DNA of 64,000 bases from Bacteroidales bacterium (GCA_034004115.1 JAVEXG010000007.1:213-64212), one strand, 5' to 3'; numbered from the stretch's first letter, positions 27,219 to 36,875 are shown. Notes: a model not told the origin generated them from the letters alone. Translations and numbers: made by a program.

Positions 27219-27290
27219 AGGCTGTATCGAAACCACCGCTCATGAAGCATCCATTCATGAACGGTCGTTTGATACAGCCTTGTTTATTTG
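27219..27290 (+). terminator. Long nested stem-loop followed by a T-rich tract, downstream of pgk
   Basis: Outer 10-bp stem AGGCTGTATC (27219-27228) pairs with GATACAGCCT (27271-27280). Inner stem CATGAA/TTCATG (27241-27259). Followed by TTGTTTATTTG. Confidence 0.5.
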
Positions 27291-27321
27291 CCCGTATTTT
27301 TGTACTATCTTTGCATCAGTT

Positions 27322-27867
27322 ATGAAGAAAATTCTGCTTCCGGTTCTGATACTGACGCTTCTTCTTGCAGGCTCCTGCAAAAAGGATGAAACGCCCGACA
27401 CCAGCGGTACTGTAACAATCGACAATACAACCACCCAAGGCTCCCCCACATATTATGTCTACGGCTTCCTGTTTTCACAGGCAAAAAAGGTGACTACAAG
27501 AGAAACTCCCAGGCCCGATGTAACCGTCGACAGCGATGGTACCAACATTCTGTTTATGACCGAAAATGAAAGGAACTCATTCTACCTGGCGGGTGAATAT
27601 AATGATGCAGCCTCAGCCCTTACCGCCTTCGGCAACCTTACTTCGCCCGCAATATCGGAAGACCAGTGGGATGGACTTGCACTGCCCGTCAGGGCTAACC
27701 AGGTCTGGGTTTACAGGGCAGGATCAAGGACTTCGGGAAACGATCACTATGCCAAGATGAGGATCATATCGACAAGGACTGAACCCGCCGATCCAAAACC
27801 TTTTGCCGAATGTACGTTCGAATGGCAATACCAGTCTGACGGAACGCTAACCTTTCCGGGGAAATGA
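27322..27867 (+). CDS. Hypothetical lipoprotein
   Basis: Start chosen at MKKILLPVLILTLLLAGSC (signal peptide plus lipobox). No recognisable family. Confidence 0.5.
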   Translation: MKKILLPVLILTLLLAGSCKKDETPDTSGTVTIDNTTTQGSPTYYVYGFLFSQAKKVTTRETPRPDVTVDSDGTNILFMTENERNSFYLAGEYNDAASALTAFGNLTSPAISEDQWDGLALPVRANQVWVYRAGSRTSGNDHYAKMRIISTRTEPADPKPFAECTFEWQYQSDGTLTFPGK

Positions 27868-28856
27868 CAGGAATTCTCCCTGACAGTATTTTTGAAATCA
27901 GGGACCCCGGAGCATTCTCATCCGCTGCTCTCAAAATTTTCAGATTCCAGGCTGCCGGTAACCCTGTCTACGGCAGTTTCATTTCCGCCCTTGGCATTGA
28001 TCCGGCGGAAATTCATGATATCAGGGCGATACCCTTTCTTCCCGTGGAGTTCTTTAAAAGCCACAGGGTGATATCCGGCAACCTTTCTGCAGAATTGGTC
28101 TTTGAGAGCAGCCGGACCACAGGCGCCGAACCCGGACGTCACTACGTTCACGATCCTGAACTATACAGGCTGAGTTATCTTACTTCCTTCAGACATTTTT
28201 ACGGTGATCCTTCCGGATATGTGATCGCTGCCCTGCTGCCTTCATATACCGAGCGGCCCGGTTCGTCGCTCGTGACAATGATGGAGGGACTGATAAGGGA
28301 AAGCGGTTGCGGTGATAGCGGTTTTTATGAGGGGAGAACGGAAGAACTGGCAGCCATGCTTGAATCAGTCAGGACTGACGGCAGGAAAAAATTCCTGATG
28401 GGAGTCAGCTTTGCCCTGCTCGATCTGGCGAACGACCTGTCGCCCGACCTTTCGGGAACTATGGTCATGGAGACAGGCGGAATGAAGGGACGAAGGAAGG
28501 AGATCACAAGGGATGAACTTCATGGTATTCTTACAGCAAAACTGAATGTGCCGGTCATACACTCTGAATACGGGATGACTGAACTTCTCAGCCAGGCTTA
28601 TTCTGCAGGGAACGGTATCTTCAGATGCCCGCCGTGGATGAAGATACTTATAAGGGATACTCACGACCCGCTCGACGTTAGCGATGAAGCCGGAAGGGCA
28701 GGGGGCGTAAACATTATCGATCTGGCAAACTATTATTCCTGTTCTTTCCTTGCTGCCGGCGATTACGGACGGCTTCAGGAAGACGGGACTTTTGAAATAT
28801 CAGGAAGAATTGACAACACCGACATACGAGGCTGCAACCTGATGACTCTTCAATAA
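27864..28856 (+). CDS. LuxE/PaaK-like acyl-adenylate-forming enzyme (annotated 'acyl transferase' in Bacteroidota)
   Basis: 330 aa. N-terminal pattern (...NPVYGSFISALGI...IPFLPVEFFKSHRV) recalls the LuxE-like family. Its ATG overlaps the upstream stop (ATGA). Confidence 0.5.
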   Translation: MTGILPDSIFEIRDPGAFSSAALKIFRFQAAGNPVYGSFISALGIDPAEIHDIRAIPFLPVEFFKSHRVISGNLSAELVFESSRTTGAEPGRHYVHDPELYRLSYLTSFRHFYGDPSGYVIAALLPSYTERPGSSLVTMMEGLIRESGCGDSGFYEGRTEELAAMLESVRTDGRKKFLMGVSFALLDLANDLSPDLSGTMVMETGGMKGRRKEITRDELHGILTAKLNVPVIHSEYGMTELLSQAYSAGNGIFRCPPWMKILIRDTHDPLDVSDEAGRAGGVNIIDLANYYSCSFLAAGDYGRLQEDGTFEISGRIDNTDIRGCNLMTLQ

Positions 28857-28876
28857 AGCCTTTTTAAAATAAACTT

Positions 28877-29917
28877 TCAGAGATAAACAATCCTCTTGTT
28901 CTTTGCGCTTGCATAGATCGCCAGGACCAGTTCAACTGCCTTTTTTGCTTCGGGGGCGTCGACTGCAGGTGCACGGCCGTTATCGACGGCCTTTATTATG
29001 TCGAGAAGCTGACGGATGTGTCCCACGTCGCTTATTGCTTTAGGATCCGACACGCCTCCTCCGGTCACATTGCTTCCGGAGTATTTTTCCCTTATCCTTT
29101 CATCATCCTCGGTCTCCTCATCAAATTTCCATGTGAGAAGTTTCTCTTCCTCTATCACAACCGAACCCTTTGTACCCAGCACTTCGATCCTCCTGTAGAA
29201 TCCGGGATTGACGGCTGTTGAAGCCTCGATGACTCCGACGGCTCCGTTCTCGAATTTAAGGGTCGCCGAAGCAACGTCTTCCACTTCAATGCCCTCATGT
29301 CCAACCAGTCCGGAGAAGGCACACACAGCCGACACTTTTCCCATGAACCATCTCAGCAGATCGACCGAGTGTATGGCCTGGTTCATAACGGCTCCTCCTC
29401 CGCTGGCGTTAAGGTCGGACCTCCACTTAACCTCTTTGTAGTATTCAGGGGTCCTGAACCACTTGACATATGCATCGCCCATCACAAGCTTGCCGAAGCG
29501 TCCCTGCGTAATGGCTTTCTTGAGTTCCATGTTTACCCTGCTGAACCTCATAGGGAATATGCCCGACACCAGCACGTTGTGTTTTATGCCGGCATTTATT
29601 ATCCTGTCGCAGCGCTCAATGCTTGTTTCAAGGGGTTTCTCGACGATGCAATGCTTCCCGGCCGTGATGGCTGCAAGGGCGGGTTCGAGATGCTTCCCTG
29701 ACGGAGTGCAGATGCAGACTATGTCGATCCCGTCGTCATTACAGAGTTCCTCAACCGACTCAAAGGCCGTGCAGTTATATTTAGCGCTGAATGACTGCGT
29801 TTTTCCCGGATTGTGATCAAAGACACCAACCAGCTCTGTATCCATGAGGGTATCAATGGCCCTGGCGTGGACCTCGGCTATCGAACCTGCTCCTATAATT
29901 CCGAATCCATGCTTCAT
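28877..29917 (-). CDS. Gfo/Idh/MocA-family oxidoreductase
   Basis: 346 aa. N-terminal Rossmann motif (GIIGAGSIAEVHA) and the EKPL motif. Confidence 0.8.
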   Translation of the reverse strand: MKHGFGIIGAGSIAEVHARAIDTLMDTELVGVFDHNPGKTQSFSAKYNCTAFESVEELCNDDGIDIVCICTPSGKHLEPALAAITAGKHCIVEKPLETSIERCDRIINAGIKHNVLVSGIFPMRFSRVNMELKKAITQGRFGKLVMGDAYVKWFRTPEYYKEVKWRSDLNASGGGAVMNQAIHSVDLLRWFMGKVSAVCAFSGLVGHEGIEVEDVASATLKFENGAVGVIEASTAVNPGFYRRIEVLGTKGSVVIEEEKLLTWKFDEETEDDERIREKYSGSNVTGGGVSDPKAISDVGHIRQLLDIIKAVDNGRAPAVDAPEAKKAVELVLAIYASAKNKRIVYL

Positions 29918-29919
29918 GC

Positions 29920-30288
29920 CTATCTCAGCGTTGGATAAAACGCATCCTCAATGTGTTTTTCTATAGTCAATGTCTGGCCTTTCGCAATAACTGTTATCAC
30001 ATCAAATCTCGCCGGCTTGCTTATATCAAACCACCTTATGTAAGTGTCGGCGGCCAGGACCAGCGATCTCTGCTTCTGATTTGTAACAGCCTCCTGCGGC
30101 GACTCCAGAAAATCTTCTGACCGTGTCTTCACCTCGACGAAAACAATAAATTTGTCTGTCTCGGCGATTATATCCACCTCCAGCTTCCCGGCATTCCAGT
30201 TTCTGTTCCTGATCTTGTAGCCTTTATTCTGCAGAAACGACAAAGCAAGGTCTTCCCCTTTCCTGCCGAGAGTTGACGACTCACTCAT
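29920..30288 (-). CDS. yraN: YraN-family (UPF0102) endonuclease-fold protein
   Basis: 122 aa. GEDLA...EVDIIA...VFVEVKTR motif typical of YraN. Confidence 0.85.
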   Translation of the reverse strand: MSESSTLGRKGEDLALSFLQNKGYKIRNRNWNAGKLEVDIIAETDKFIVFVEVKTRSEDFLESPQEAVTNQKQRSLVLAADTYIRWFDISKPARFDVITVIAKGQTLTIEKHIEDAFYPTLR

Positions 30289-30321
30289 TTAGTTCTCTTT
30301 TATTTATACTAGAGAACGGGA

Positions 30322-30978
30322 TTATATCTCGATTAGTTTGTGCCTGATTGCGAAAAGAATCAGACTGGCAGTGTTTTTGGAGCTTGTCTTGCCCAGAAGG
30401 TTGGCCCGGTGCTTGTCGACGGTGCGCTTGCTGATGAACAGGTTCTCAGCTATTTCCTGGTTCGAAAGTCCTTCGCAGATCTTCAGCAGGATCTCTTTCT
30501 CCCTCTTTGAAAGGTTGGCTGACTTGCTTTCGTTTTCACGGTGCTTTATCTTCTGAATGACGTGGTAGAGAAGCTCCTGCGAGAAGAAGCTGCCTCCCTT
30601 GTTCACAGTAAGTATGGCCTCCTTTACTTCCGATATGTCGGAATCCTTGAGTACAAAACCCTTGGCCCCGGCATCCACCATTTTGTAGTAATACTCCTCC
30701 TCGCCGTACATCGACAGGGCAATTATGTCGAGTTCGGGACATATCTTCAGGGCTTTCCTGGTAGCCTCGATCCCGTCCATCTCAGGCATGTTGATGTCCA
30801 TCAGGGCAACATCAGCGCACGTTTCGCGGATCAGTTTAAGGAACTCCTCGCCGTTTGAGGCCTCACCGGTAACCTCAAATTCAGGAAAGGCATTAAGAAG
30901 GATCTTCAGTCCGTTCCGGAAAAGCTGGTGATCGTCCGTTATTATTATTCTGATCTTTTCCATACGAATCTTATTCAA
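30322..30978 (-). CDS. NarL/LuxR-family response regulator
   Basis: 218 aa. Receiver domain (IIITDDH...ALMDINMPEMDG) plus a C-terminal LuxR HTH (LSKREKEILLKICEGLSNQEIAENLFISKRTVDKH). Confidence 0.9.
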   Translation of the reverse strand: MNKIRMEKIRIIITDDHQLFRNGLKILLNAFPEFEVTGEASNGEEFLKLIRETCADVALMDINMPEMDGIEATRKALKICPELDIIALSMYGEEEYYYKMVDAGAKGFVLKDSDISEVKEAILTVNKGGSFFSQELLYHVIQKIKHRENESKSANLSKREKEILLKICEGLSNQEIAENLFISKRTVDKHRANLLGKTSSKNTASLILFAIRHKLIEI

Positions 30979-31969
30979 TCATTTTGATAAGGGCGCTGGT
31001 GCCTTTCCCCGGATTGCTTTCGAGGATGAAGACTCCATCAACCGACTTTACCCGTGTTTCAATGTTCGACAGGCCCATCCCTTTCTCATTATCCTCATTG
31101 CCGAGAGAGGCTGTATCAAACCCTCGCCCGTTGTCGGAGAACTGCAAGGTAATGAATTTTTCAAGCCTGTTCAGTTCGATCTCGATCTTTGATGCCCCTG
31201 AATGCCTTATTGAATTGTTGATCAGTTCGCAGGCAGCCCGGTACATAACCACTTCCTTTTCAGGATCGATCCTGCTGTTCTGCATGTTCGACTTGAAATC
31301 AATCTCAATGGCCCTTGTCTGGTTAATCTTGGCAATGAAGGCAGAGAGAGCGCTTGAGACACCGAAGTTCGACAGTATGTGAGGACTGAGGTTATTCGAG
31401 ACATCCTTCAGGGTGTTGATGGCTTCGTTGATCAGGTGATTTGTATTGTTGAGGATAACGGTGTCGGTCGGATCCGTGATCCTGCCGCCCAGGGCCGACA
31501 GCGACATCTTCACAGTCGACATGAGGGGACCGAGCCCGTCGTGAAGATCCTTGGCAAACCGTTTTCTCTCATTCTCCTCGGTGTTTATTATTGCGCTGAT
31601 CACCCTTTTCTCCGACTTCATCCTGTCGATGTCGGCACGTTTGATTGAATAGAATAATTCCCTTATCAGAACCACCCCGGTTATTATCATGAAGGAGATT
31701 ATCACATCGAGCCAGTAGTCGATCATCTGCCACGTGTACGAGGGTGTACCCCTGAAAAACTCAAAGAGCTGGAAGATTTTTCTGAGAGCCATGAAAACGA
31801 ATGCTATGGACAGCAGTATCCATGAAAGCCTGTATTTGGTGAGCTTCATGAACCGGAGCGCTATGGAGGCAGCTATGATCTGGAGGACTATTGAGATAAT
31901 CAGGGCAATTAATCTTATCATGTCAGGCGCAATGTATTGCAAAAATAGAACGAATTTGCCAAATGACAT
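30971..31969 (-). CDS. Sensor histidine kinase, HisKA_3 (NarL-partner) type, with a membrane-embedded N-terminus
   Basis: H-box FAKDLHDGLGP and a HATPase_c C-terminus, preceded by hydrophobic segments. Start trimmed to M84 (31969); M100 at 31921 is an alternative. Everything upstream in the track ORF is the 9-bp repeat array. Confidence 0.85.
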   Translation of the reverse strand: MSFGKFVLFLQYIAPDMIRLIALIISIVLQIIAASIALRFMKLTKYRLSWILLSIAFVFMALRKIFQLFEFFRGTPSYTWQMIDYWLDVIISFMIITGVVLIRELFYSIKRADIDRMKSEKRVISAIINTEENERKRFAKDLHDGLGPLMSTVKMSLSALGGRITDPTDTVILNNTNHLINEAINTLKDVSNNLSPHILSNFGVSSALSAFIAKINQTRAIEIDFKSNMQNSRIDPEKEVVMYRAACELINNSIRHSGASKIEIELNRLEKFITLQFSDNGRGFDTASLGNEDNEKGMGLSNIETRVKSVDGVFILESNPGKGTSALIKMIE

Positions 31970-31978
31970 AGAAGTTTT

Positions 31979-32068
31979 GTCGTGCAAGTCGTGCAGGTCT
32001 TGCAAGTCCTGCAAGTCAGGAAAGTCGTGCAAGTCTTCCCGACCTGCAAGACCTGCAAGACCTGCAAG
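31979..32068. repeat. Degenerate tandem repeat of ten 9-bp units (GTCBTGCAA-type x7, then ACCTGCAAG x3)
   Basis: Read directly: gtcgtgcaa gtcgtgcag gtcttgcaa gtcctgcaa gtcaggaaa gtcgtgcaa gtcttcccg acctgcaag acctgcaag acctgcaag. Confidence 0.9.
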
Positions 32069-32125
32069 ACTTATTGCTGATAGCTGACATCTTAAATTTA
32101 TTTTATTCTTTTCTCCCATATTTAT

Positions 32126-32133
32126 TACCTTTG
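32126..32133 (+). promoter_or_regulatory. Candidate -7 promoter box (TAccTTTG) upstream of waaA
   Basis: Exact TAnnTTTG match 18 nt upstream of the ATG at 32151. Confidence 0.3.
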
Positions 32134-32150
32134 ACGCCTCAAATTGCAGG

Positions 32151-33395
32151 ATGAAGTTTCTATACAATACCGGAATCCTCTTGTTTGTCATCGCAGTGAG
32201 GCTGTTGTCACCCTTCAACTCTAAGGTGCGGCTAATGGTTCATGGCTGGAAAGGCTGGGAAGGAAAGCTGAAGGAAAAGACAGGTGCCGGCAGAAGGAAT
32301 ATCTGGGTGCACTGTGCTTCACTGGGAGAATTCGAGCAGGGACGACCGGTGATAGAGGAGCTTAGGAACCGGGAGCCGCAAAGCAGGATAATCCTTTCCT
32401 TCTTTTCATCCTCCGGCTATGAGATAAGGAAGAATTATCAGGGTGCTGATTATGTATGCTACCTCCCTCCCGACACACCCGGAAACGCTGAAAGATTTGT
32501 AAAAGCTATAAATCCTTCGGCAGTCATCTTTGTAAAATACGAGTTCTGGAATAACTACATTTCCGAGGTCAGCAGGAAGAACATACCTCTATATCTTGTA
32601 TCCGGGATCTTCAGGCCCGGTCAGCATTTCTTCAAGTGGTACGGAGCTTTCTTCAGGAGGATACTGGTGAGCTTCACCCATATTTTCGTACAGGACCAGA
32701 AGTCGGAAAGCCTCTTAAGAAGCGCAGGGATAAGCAATGTAACGGTGGCCGGCGACACCAGGTTCGACAGGGTGATTCAGATCGCTTCATCTGCAAAGGA
32801 TATAGAAGCGCTGGAGATGTTCAGGGGCAGCAGCCGGCTCGTTCTGGCAGGAAGCAGCTGGCCTCCCGATGAGGAAATTATTGCACGGTATATCCACGAA
32901 CATCCGGGAACTGTAAAATGGGTTTTTGCGCCGCATGAGATTGATAAATCCAATATTGAGCGGCTCGAAAAACTCATTGGGAAGGGTGCAGTCAGGTACT
33001 CTGAGTTTACCGAAGCCCGGGCAGATGCGGAAGTCATGATTTTAGACAATATGGGAATGCTCTCATCGGCTTACAGGTATGCAGGCATCGCAGTGGTGGG
33101 AGGAGGATTCGGCAAGGGAATACACAACGTCCTCGAACCTGCCTGCTGGGGTATTCCGGTGATGTTCGGGCCCAATTACGGGAAATTCCGTGAAGCGGTC
33201 GATCTTATTGCCCTTGGAGGAGCCCGGTGCTTCAGCAGTTATGATGAATTTGAAGCGGCTTTTGAGTCCCTTACCGGCGATAATGAATTTTACAGGAAAG
33301 CAGCAGAATCTGCCGGCCGGTATGTCAGGGAAAATGCCGGAGCTACCAGTAAAATCATGGGTATAATTGCCGTGGAAGATATTAACAAACGATGA
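32151..33395 (+). CDS. waaA: 3-deoxy-D-manno-octulosonic acid (Kdo) transferase
   Basis: 414 aa. N-terminal membrane anchor, IWVHCASLGEFEQGRPV motif and a GT30 C-terminus (GGSF-like GGGFGKGIHNVLEP). Confidence 0.9.
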   Translation: MKFLYNTGILLFVIAVRLLSPFNSKVRLMVHGWKGWEGKLKEKTGAGRRNIWVHCASLGEFEQGRPVIEELRNREPQSRIILSFFSSSGYEIRKNYQGADYVCYLPPDTPGNAERFVKAINPSAVIFVKYEFWNNYISEVSRKNIPLYLVSGIFRPGQHFFKWYGAFFRRILVSFTHIFVQDQKSESLLRSAGISNVTVAGDTRFDRVIQIASSAKDIEALEMFRGSSRLVLAGSSWPPDEEIIARYIHEHPGTVKWVFAPHEIDKSNIERLEKLIGKGAVRYSEFTEARADAEVMILDNMGMLSSAYRYAGIAVVGGGFGKGIHNVLEPACWGIPVMFGPNYGKFREAVDLIALGGARCFSSYDEFEAAFESLTGDNEFYRKAAESAGRYVRENAGATSKIMGIIAVEDINKR

Positions 33396-33464
33396 TGAAA
33401 ACTTGTTAACAACTAGTTAATTCAGATTAGGGAGGCATAGTCTAATGAAGTGTAAATTCAACAG

Positions 33465-33493
33465 CCCGTTATTAGTAAGGGTTATTTTTTTTT
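33465..33493 (+). terminator. Weak hairpin plus T9 run downstream of waaA
   Basis: CCCGTTA-TTAG-TAAGGG (bulged stem) followed by TTATTTTTTTTT. Confidence 0.4.
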
Positions 33494-33559
33494 AATACCA
33501 TGAAATCAGCATATTACAAATAAATTGAATTTCTTTTTTAACAATAAAACCTGACTCTT

Positions 33560-36500
33560 ATGATAAAACTTTACAAACGTTTTTTTACAGTACTGTTGTT
33601 CCTGTCCATGGCAATGATTTCTTTCGGACAGGGTTCAACGACATCTTCCATGAGCGGTAAAATTACCGACACTCAGGGAGAGGTCCTGGCTGGTGCCACT
33701 GTGGTCGCAACACATGTGCCTTCGGGATCAATCTACGGCGCTACGGCAAACAGCCAGGGATTGTACTCAATCCAGGGTATGCGTCCCGGCGGCCCTTACA
33801 GGGTTGAAATTTCCTTCATTGGTTACTCGAAAGAGACTTTCACCGATATCAATCTTTCCCTCGGTGAGATCTTCGGGCTGAATGTCAATATGACCGAATC
33901 GAGTACTGAACTCAATGTTGTCACTGTCGTCGGCGCAAAGCCTTCGAAATTCAACACTTTAAAAACCGGCGCCACCACAAACATTTCGGCCGATCAGATG
34001 ACTGTGATGCCTACCATCAACCGTAATATCAGCGATATTGCAAGGGTTTCTCCCTATACAAACGGAATGAGCTTTTCCGGAGGTGACGGACGTTCCACAA
34101 ATTTCACAGTCGACGGTTCGAACTTCAACAACAACTTCGGACTCAGCAGCAGTCTGCCCGGCGGCGGCAACCCGATATCTCTCGATGCAATCGAGGAAGT
34201 CCAGGTAGTCATTGCACCCTTTGATGTTCGCCAGACCAACTTCATCGGCGGCGGTATCAATGCTATCACAAAGTCGGGAACCAACACATTTAAGGCTTCG
34301 GCCTATACCTATTATACCAATCAGAATATGAGGGGTAATAAAATAGGTGACCACGACTTTGGAGACCGTGCCAAGGAATCCAATACAACCTATGGTGTCA
34401 CCGTTGGCGGTCCGATAATTAAAAACAAACTCTTCTTCTTCGGAAACCTTGAGTACGAGAAAACTCCTCAGCAGGTGATCCGCTGGCGTGCTTCACAGAA
34501 TGGTGTCTCCGACCAGCAGACTATTTCGCGCGTTACCGAGTCTGATCTTCAGGCGGTTTCTGATTTCCTCAGAGATAATTACGGCTACGAGACGGGATCC
34601 TATTCAAGTTTCCCTGCCGATGAGTCAAACCTTAAGTACCTCGCCCGCATTGACTGGAACATCACCGATGCCCACAAACTGAGCGTGCGTTACAATCACA
34701 CGAAAAATACCGCATGGAACCCGCCCAACGGAAACTCAACGGATGGAAGCTACCGCGACCGTTCCAAAGACCGCGTTGGTGAGTTTTCGATGTCGTATGC
34801 CAACTCCATGTATTCGATGGATAACATCGTTAATTCCGGATCGCTGGAGTTGAACAGCCGCTTTTCGAATACAATGTCAAACCAGTTGCTGGTTACCTAC
34901 TCGGATATAAAGGATGTTCGCGGATCGACATCCGATCCGTTCCCTTTCATTGATATAATGAGCGGTGACATCGCTACCGGAGTTGATGCGCTGGCTCCCT
35001 ACATTTCTGCAGGATATGAGTTGTTTACATGGAACAATGGCGTGAAGAATAAGATTATCACAGCCACCGACAATTTCACCTATTATCTTGATGCTCATAA
35101 ACTGACTGCAGGTGTCAGCTTCGAATACCAGATGGCCGATAATAATTACATGCGTAACGGAACAGGATATTATCGCTATGCAAGCCTGAGCGATTTTCTG
35201 ATCGGTGCAGCACCCGTTGACTTTTCACTGACTTACGGAACCAACGGGAACCTTGTACCCTCAAATGCGGTTAAATTCAACCAGATCGGTGCCTATATCC
35301 AGGATGAATGGAACCCTCTTCAGAATTTCAAGCTTACTGTTGGCTTGCGTGCTGATAATCTTTCGTTTATTGATGATATCATTACAAATAATGCAATCAA
35401 GGAACTCGACTTCGGCGGCAGGCATATTGATACCGGAGAATGGCCAAAATCAAGAATCAATCTGTCACCCCGCGTTGGCTTTACCTGGGATGTGAATTCA
35501 AATAAATCAATTGTGGTACGTGGCGGAACCGGTATATTCACCGGCCGTCTGCCCCTTGTATTCTTCACCAACATGCCTTCGAATGCCGGTATGAACCAGA
35601 TTCTGATGAAACTTCAGACACGTTTCAATTCTTCAGGCGTTCCAACTTCAATCGATCCACGACTGGCCCTGCTTGAAGGCCCGATGATAACTGATGTGGA
35701 TGAAATGATCAGCACGCTTGGTTTCCAGACAGTGGTGACTCCTGAGGATGGCAGTGTGCCAAGCTCAATCGCAGGCGTGGATCCTGATTTCAGGATGCCC
35801 CAGGTGTGGAAATCTTCACTGGCAGTCGACTACAAAGTGCCTGTTGAATTCCCGTTCTCAGTTACTGCCGAAGGGATGTTTACAAAGAACATAAATGCAG
35901 TGATGATCCAGAATTACGCTGTCATGGATCCCACAACCAGCTGGTCGAGATTTGCAGGACCTGACAAACGTTACATCTTCCCGGCTGAGTACCTGTACAG
36001 CGGAACTATCAAAGATGCTTCCGTTCTTTCAAACACAAATAAAGGCTATGGTTATACCCTGAACCTTACAGTCAATGCAGAACCGGTTAAGAATCTCGAC
36101 CTGATGGCCGCCTATACAAAAACCGAGATGAAGGAACTGTCGGGTATGCCCGGCAGCAATGCCAACTCGGCATGGATAGGGGTTTATTCCGTTGACGGAC
36201 CTAACAACCCGACCGTCCAGCGTTCACAGTATGTAATGCCCGACAAAGTGATCGGTTCATTGTCTTACCGCATTCCTTACCTGAACGACCATATGGCTTC
36301 TTCAATAAGCCTGTTCTACTCGGGATTCACTCCCTACGGCAACTCCTTTGTTTACAGCAACGACATGAACGGTGACGGTGTTACAACCGATCTGATCTAC
36401 ATACCGAAGCAAAAAGGGGAAGTGTCATTCCTTACTTCAGCCGACGAAAACGCATTTTTCAATTTCATCGAGCAGGATAAATACCTGAGCAAACACAAGG

Positions 36501-36850
36501 GAGAATATGCTGAAGCTTATGCTGCACGCGCGCCCTGGGTGAACAGGATAGATCTCCGCTTTGTACAGGATTTCTCAGTCAGAGCCGGCAGCACAAGGAA
36601 TACCCTGCAATTGAGTATCGACGTTCTTAACGCTGCTAACCTCCTGAATTCAAAATGGGGTGTTTACAAAAACATGGCGGCCAGTAACTATGGCGCAATC
36701 CTGAAGTATGAAGGACGCGATGAATCAAATGTTCCTTCGTACTCAATGGTGAAGGTTGACGACGCTTACCCGACCCAAACCTACGACACCTACCTTAACA
36801 TTGGTCAGACCTGGATGCTCCAGGTTGGCCTCCGGTATATTTTCAACTAA
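33560..36850 (+). CDS. TonB-dependent outer-membrane receptor with an N-terminal carboxypeptidase-regulatory-like domain (Oar-like, no SusD partner)
   Basis: 1096 aa. Signal peptide, CarbopepD_reg-like segment (GKITDTQGEVLAGATVVATH...GLYSIQGMRPGGPYRVEISFIGY), plug region and a C-terminal barrel ending ...GLRYIFN. Confidence 0.9.
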   Translation: MIKLYKRFFTVLLFLSMAMISFGQGSTTSSMSGKITDTQGEVLAGATVVATHVPSGSIYGATANSQGLYSIQGMRPGGPYRVEISFIGYSKETFTDINLSLGEIFGLNVNMTESSTELNVVTVVGAKPSKFNTLKTGATTNISADQMTVMPTINRNISDIARVSPYTNGMSFSGGDGRSTNFTVDGSNFNNNFGLSSSLPGGGNPISLDAIEEVQVVIAPFDVRQTNFIGGGINAITKSGTNTFKASAYTYYTNQNMRGNKIGDHDFGDRAKESNTTYGVTVGGPIIKNKLFFFGNLEYEKTPQQVIRWRASQNGVSDQQTISRVTESDLQAVSDFLRDNYGYETGSYSSFPADESNLKYLARIDWNITDAHKLSVRYNHTKNTAWNPPNGNSTDGSYRDRSKDRVGEFSMSYANSMYSMDNIVNSGSLELNSRFSNTMSNQLLVTYSDIKDVRGSTSDPFPFIDIMSGDIATGVDALAPYISAGYELFTWNNGVKNKIITATDNFTYYLDAHKLTAGVSFEYQMADNNYMRNGTGYYRYASLSDFLIGAAPVDFSLTYGTNGNLVPSNAVKFNQIGAYIQDEWNPLQNFKLTVGLRADNLSFIDDIITNNAIKELDFGGRHIDTGEWPKSRINLSPRVGFTWDVNSNKSIVVRGGTGIFTGRLPLVFFTNMPSNAGMNQILMKLQTRFNSSGVPTSIDPRLALLEGPMITDVDEMISTLGFQTVVTPEDGSVPSSIAGVDPDFRMPQVWKSSLAVDYKVPVEFPFSVTAEGMFTKNINAVMIQNYAVMDPTTSWSRFAGPDKRYIFPAEYLYSGTIKDASVLSNTNKGYGYTLNLTVNAEPVKNLDLMAAYTKTEMKELSGMPGSNANSAWIGVYSVDGPNNPTVQRSQYVMPDKVIGSLSYRIPYLNDHMASSISLFYSGFTPYGNSFVYSNDMNGDGVTTDLIYIPKQKGEVSFLTSADENAFFNFIEQDKYLSKHKGEYAEAYAARAPWVNRIDLRFVQDFSVRAGSTRNTLQLSIDVLNAANLLNSKWGVYKNMAASNYGAILKYEGRDESNVPSYSMVKVDDAYPTQTYDTYLNIGQTWMLQVGLRYIFN

Positions 36851-36875
36851 GCTCTTTCCGGTCATATAAAAAATT

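Noticed and set aside
31970-32218. 84-codon N-terminal extension of the histidine kinase ORF (LAGLAGLAG...DLQDLQDLHDLHD)
   Set aside because: The extension is the in-frame read-through of a 9-bp tandem repeat and overlaps the divergent waaA start region. The kinase's hydrophobic sensor region begins after M84/M100, so it is treated as non-coding.
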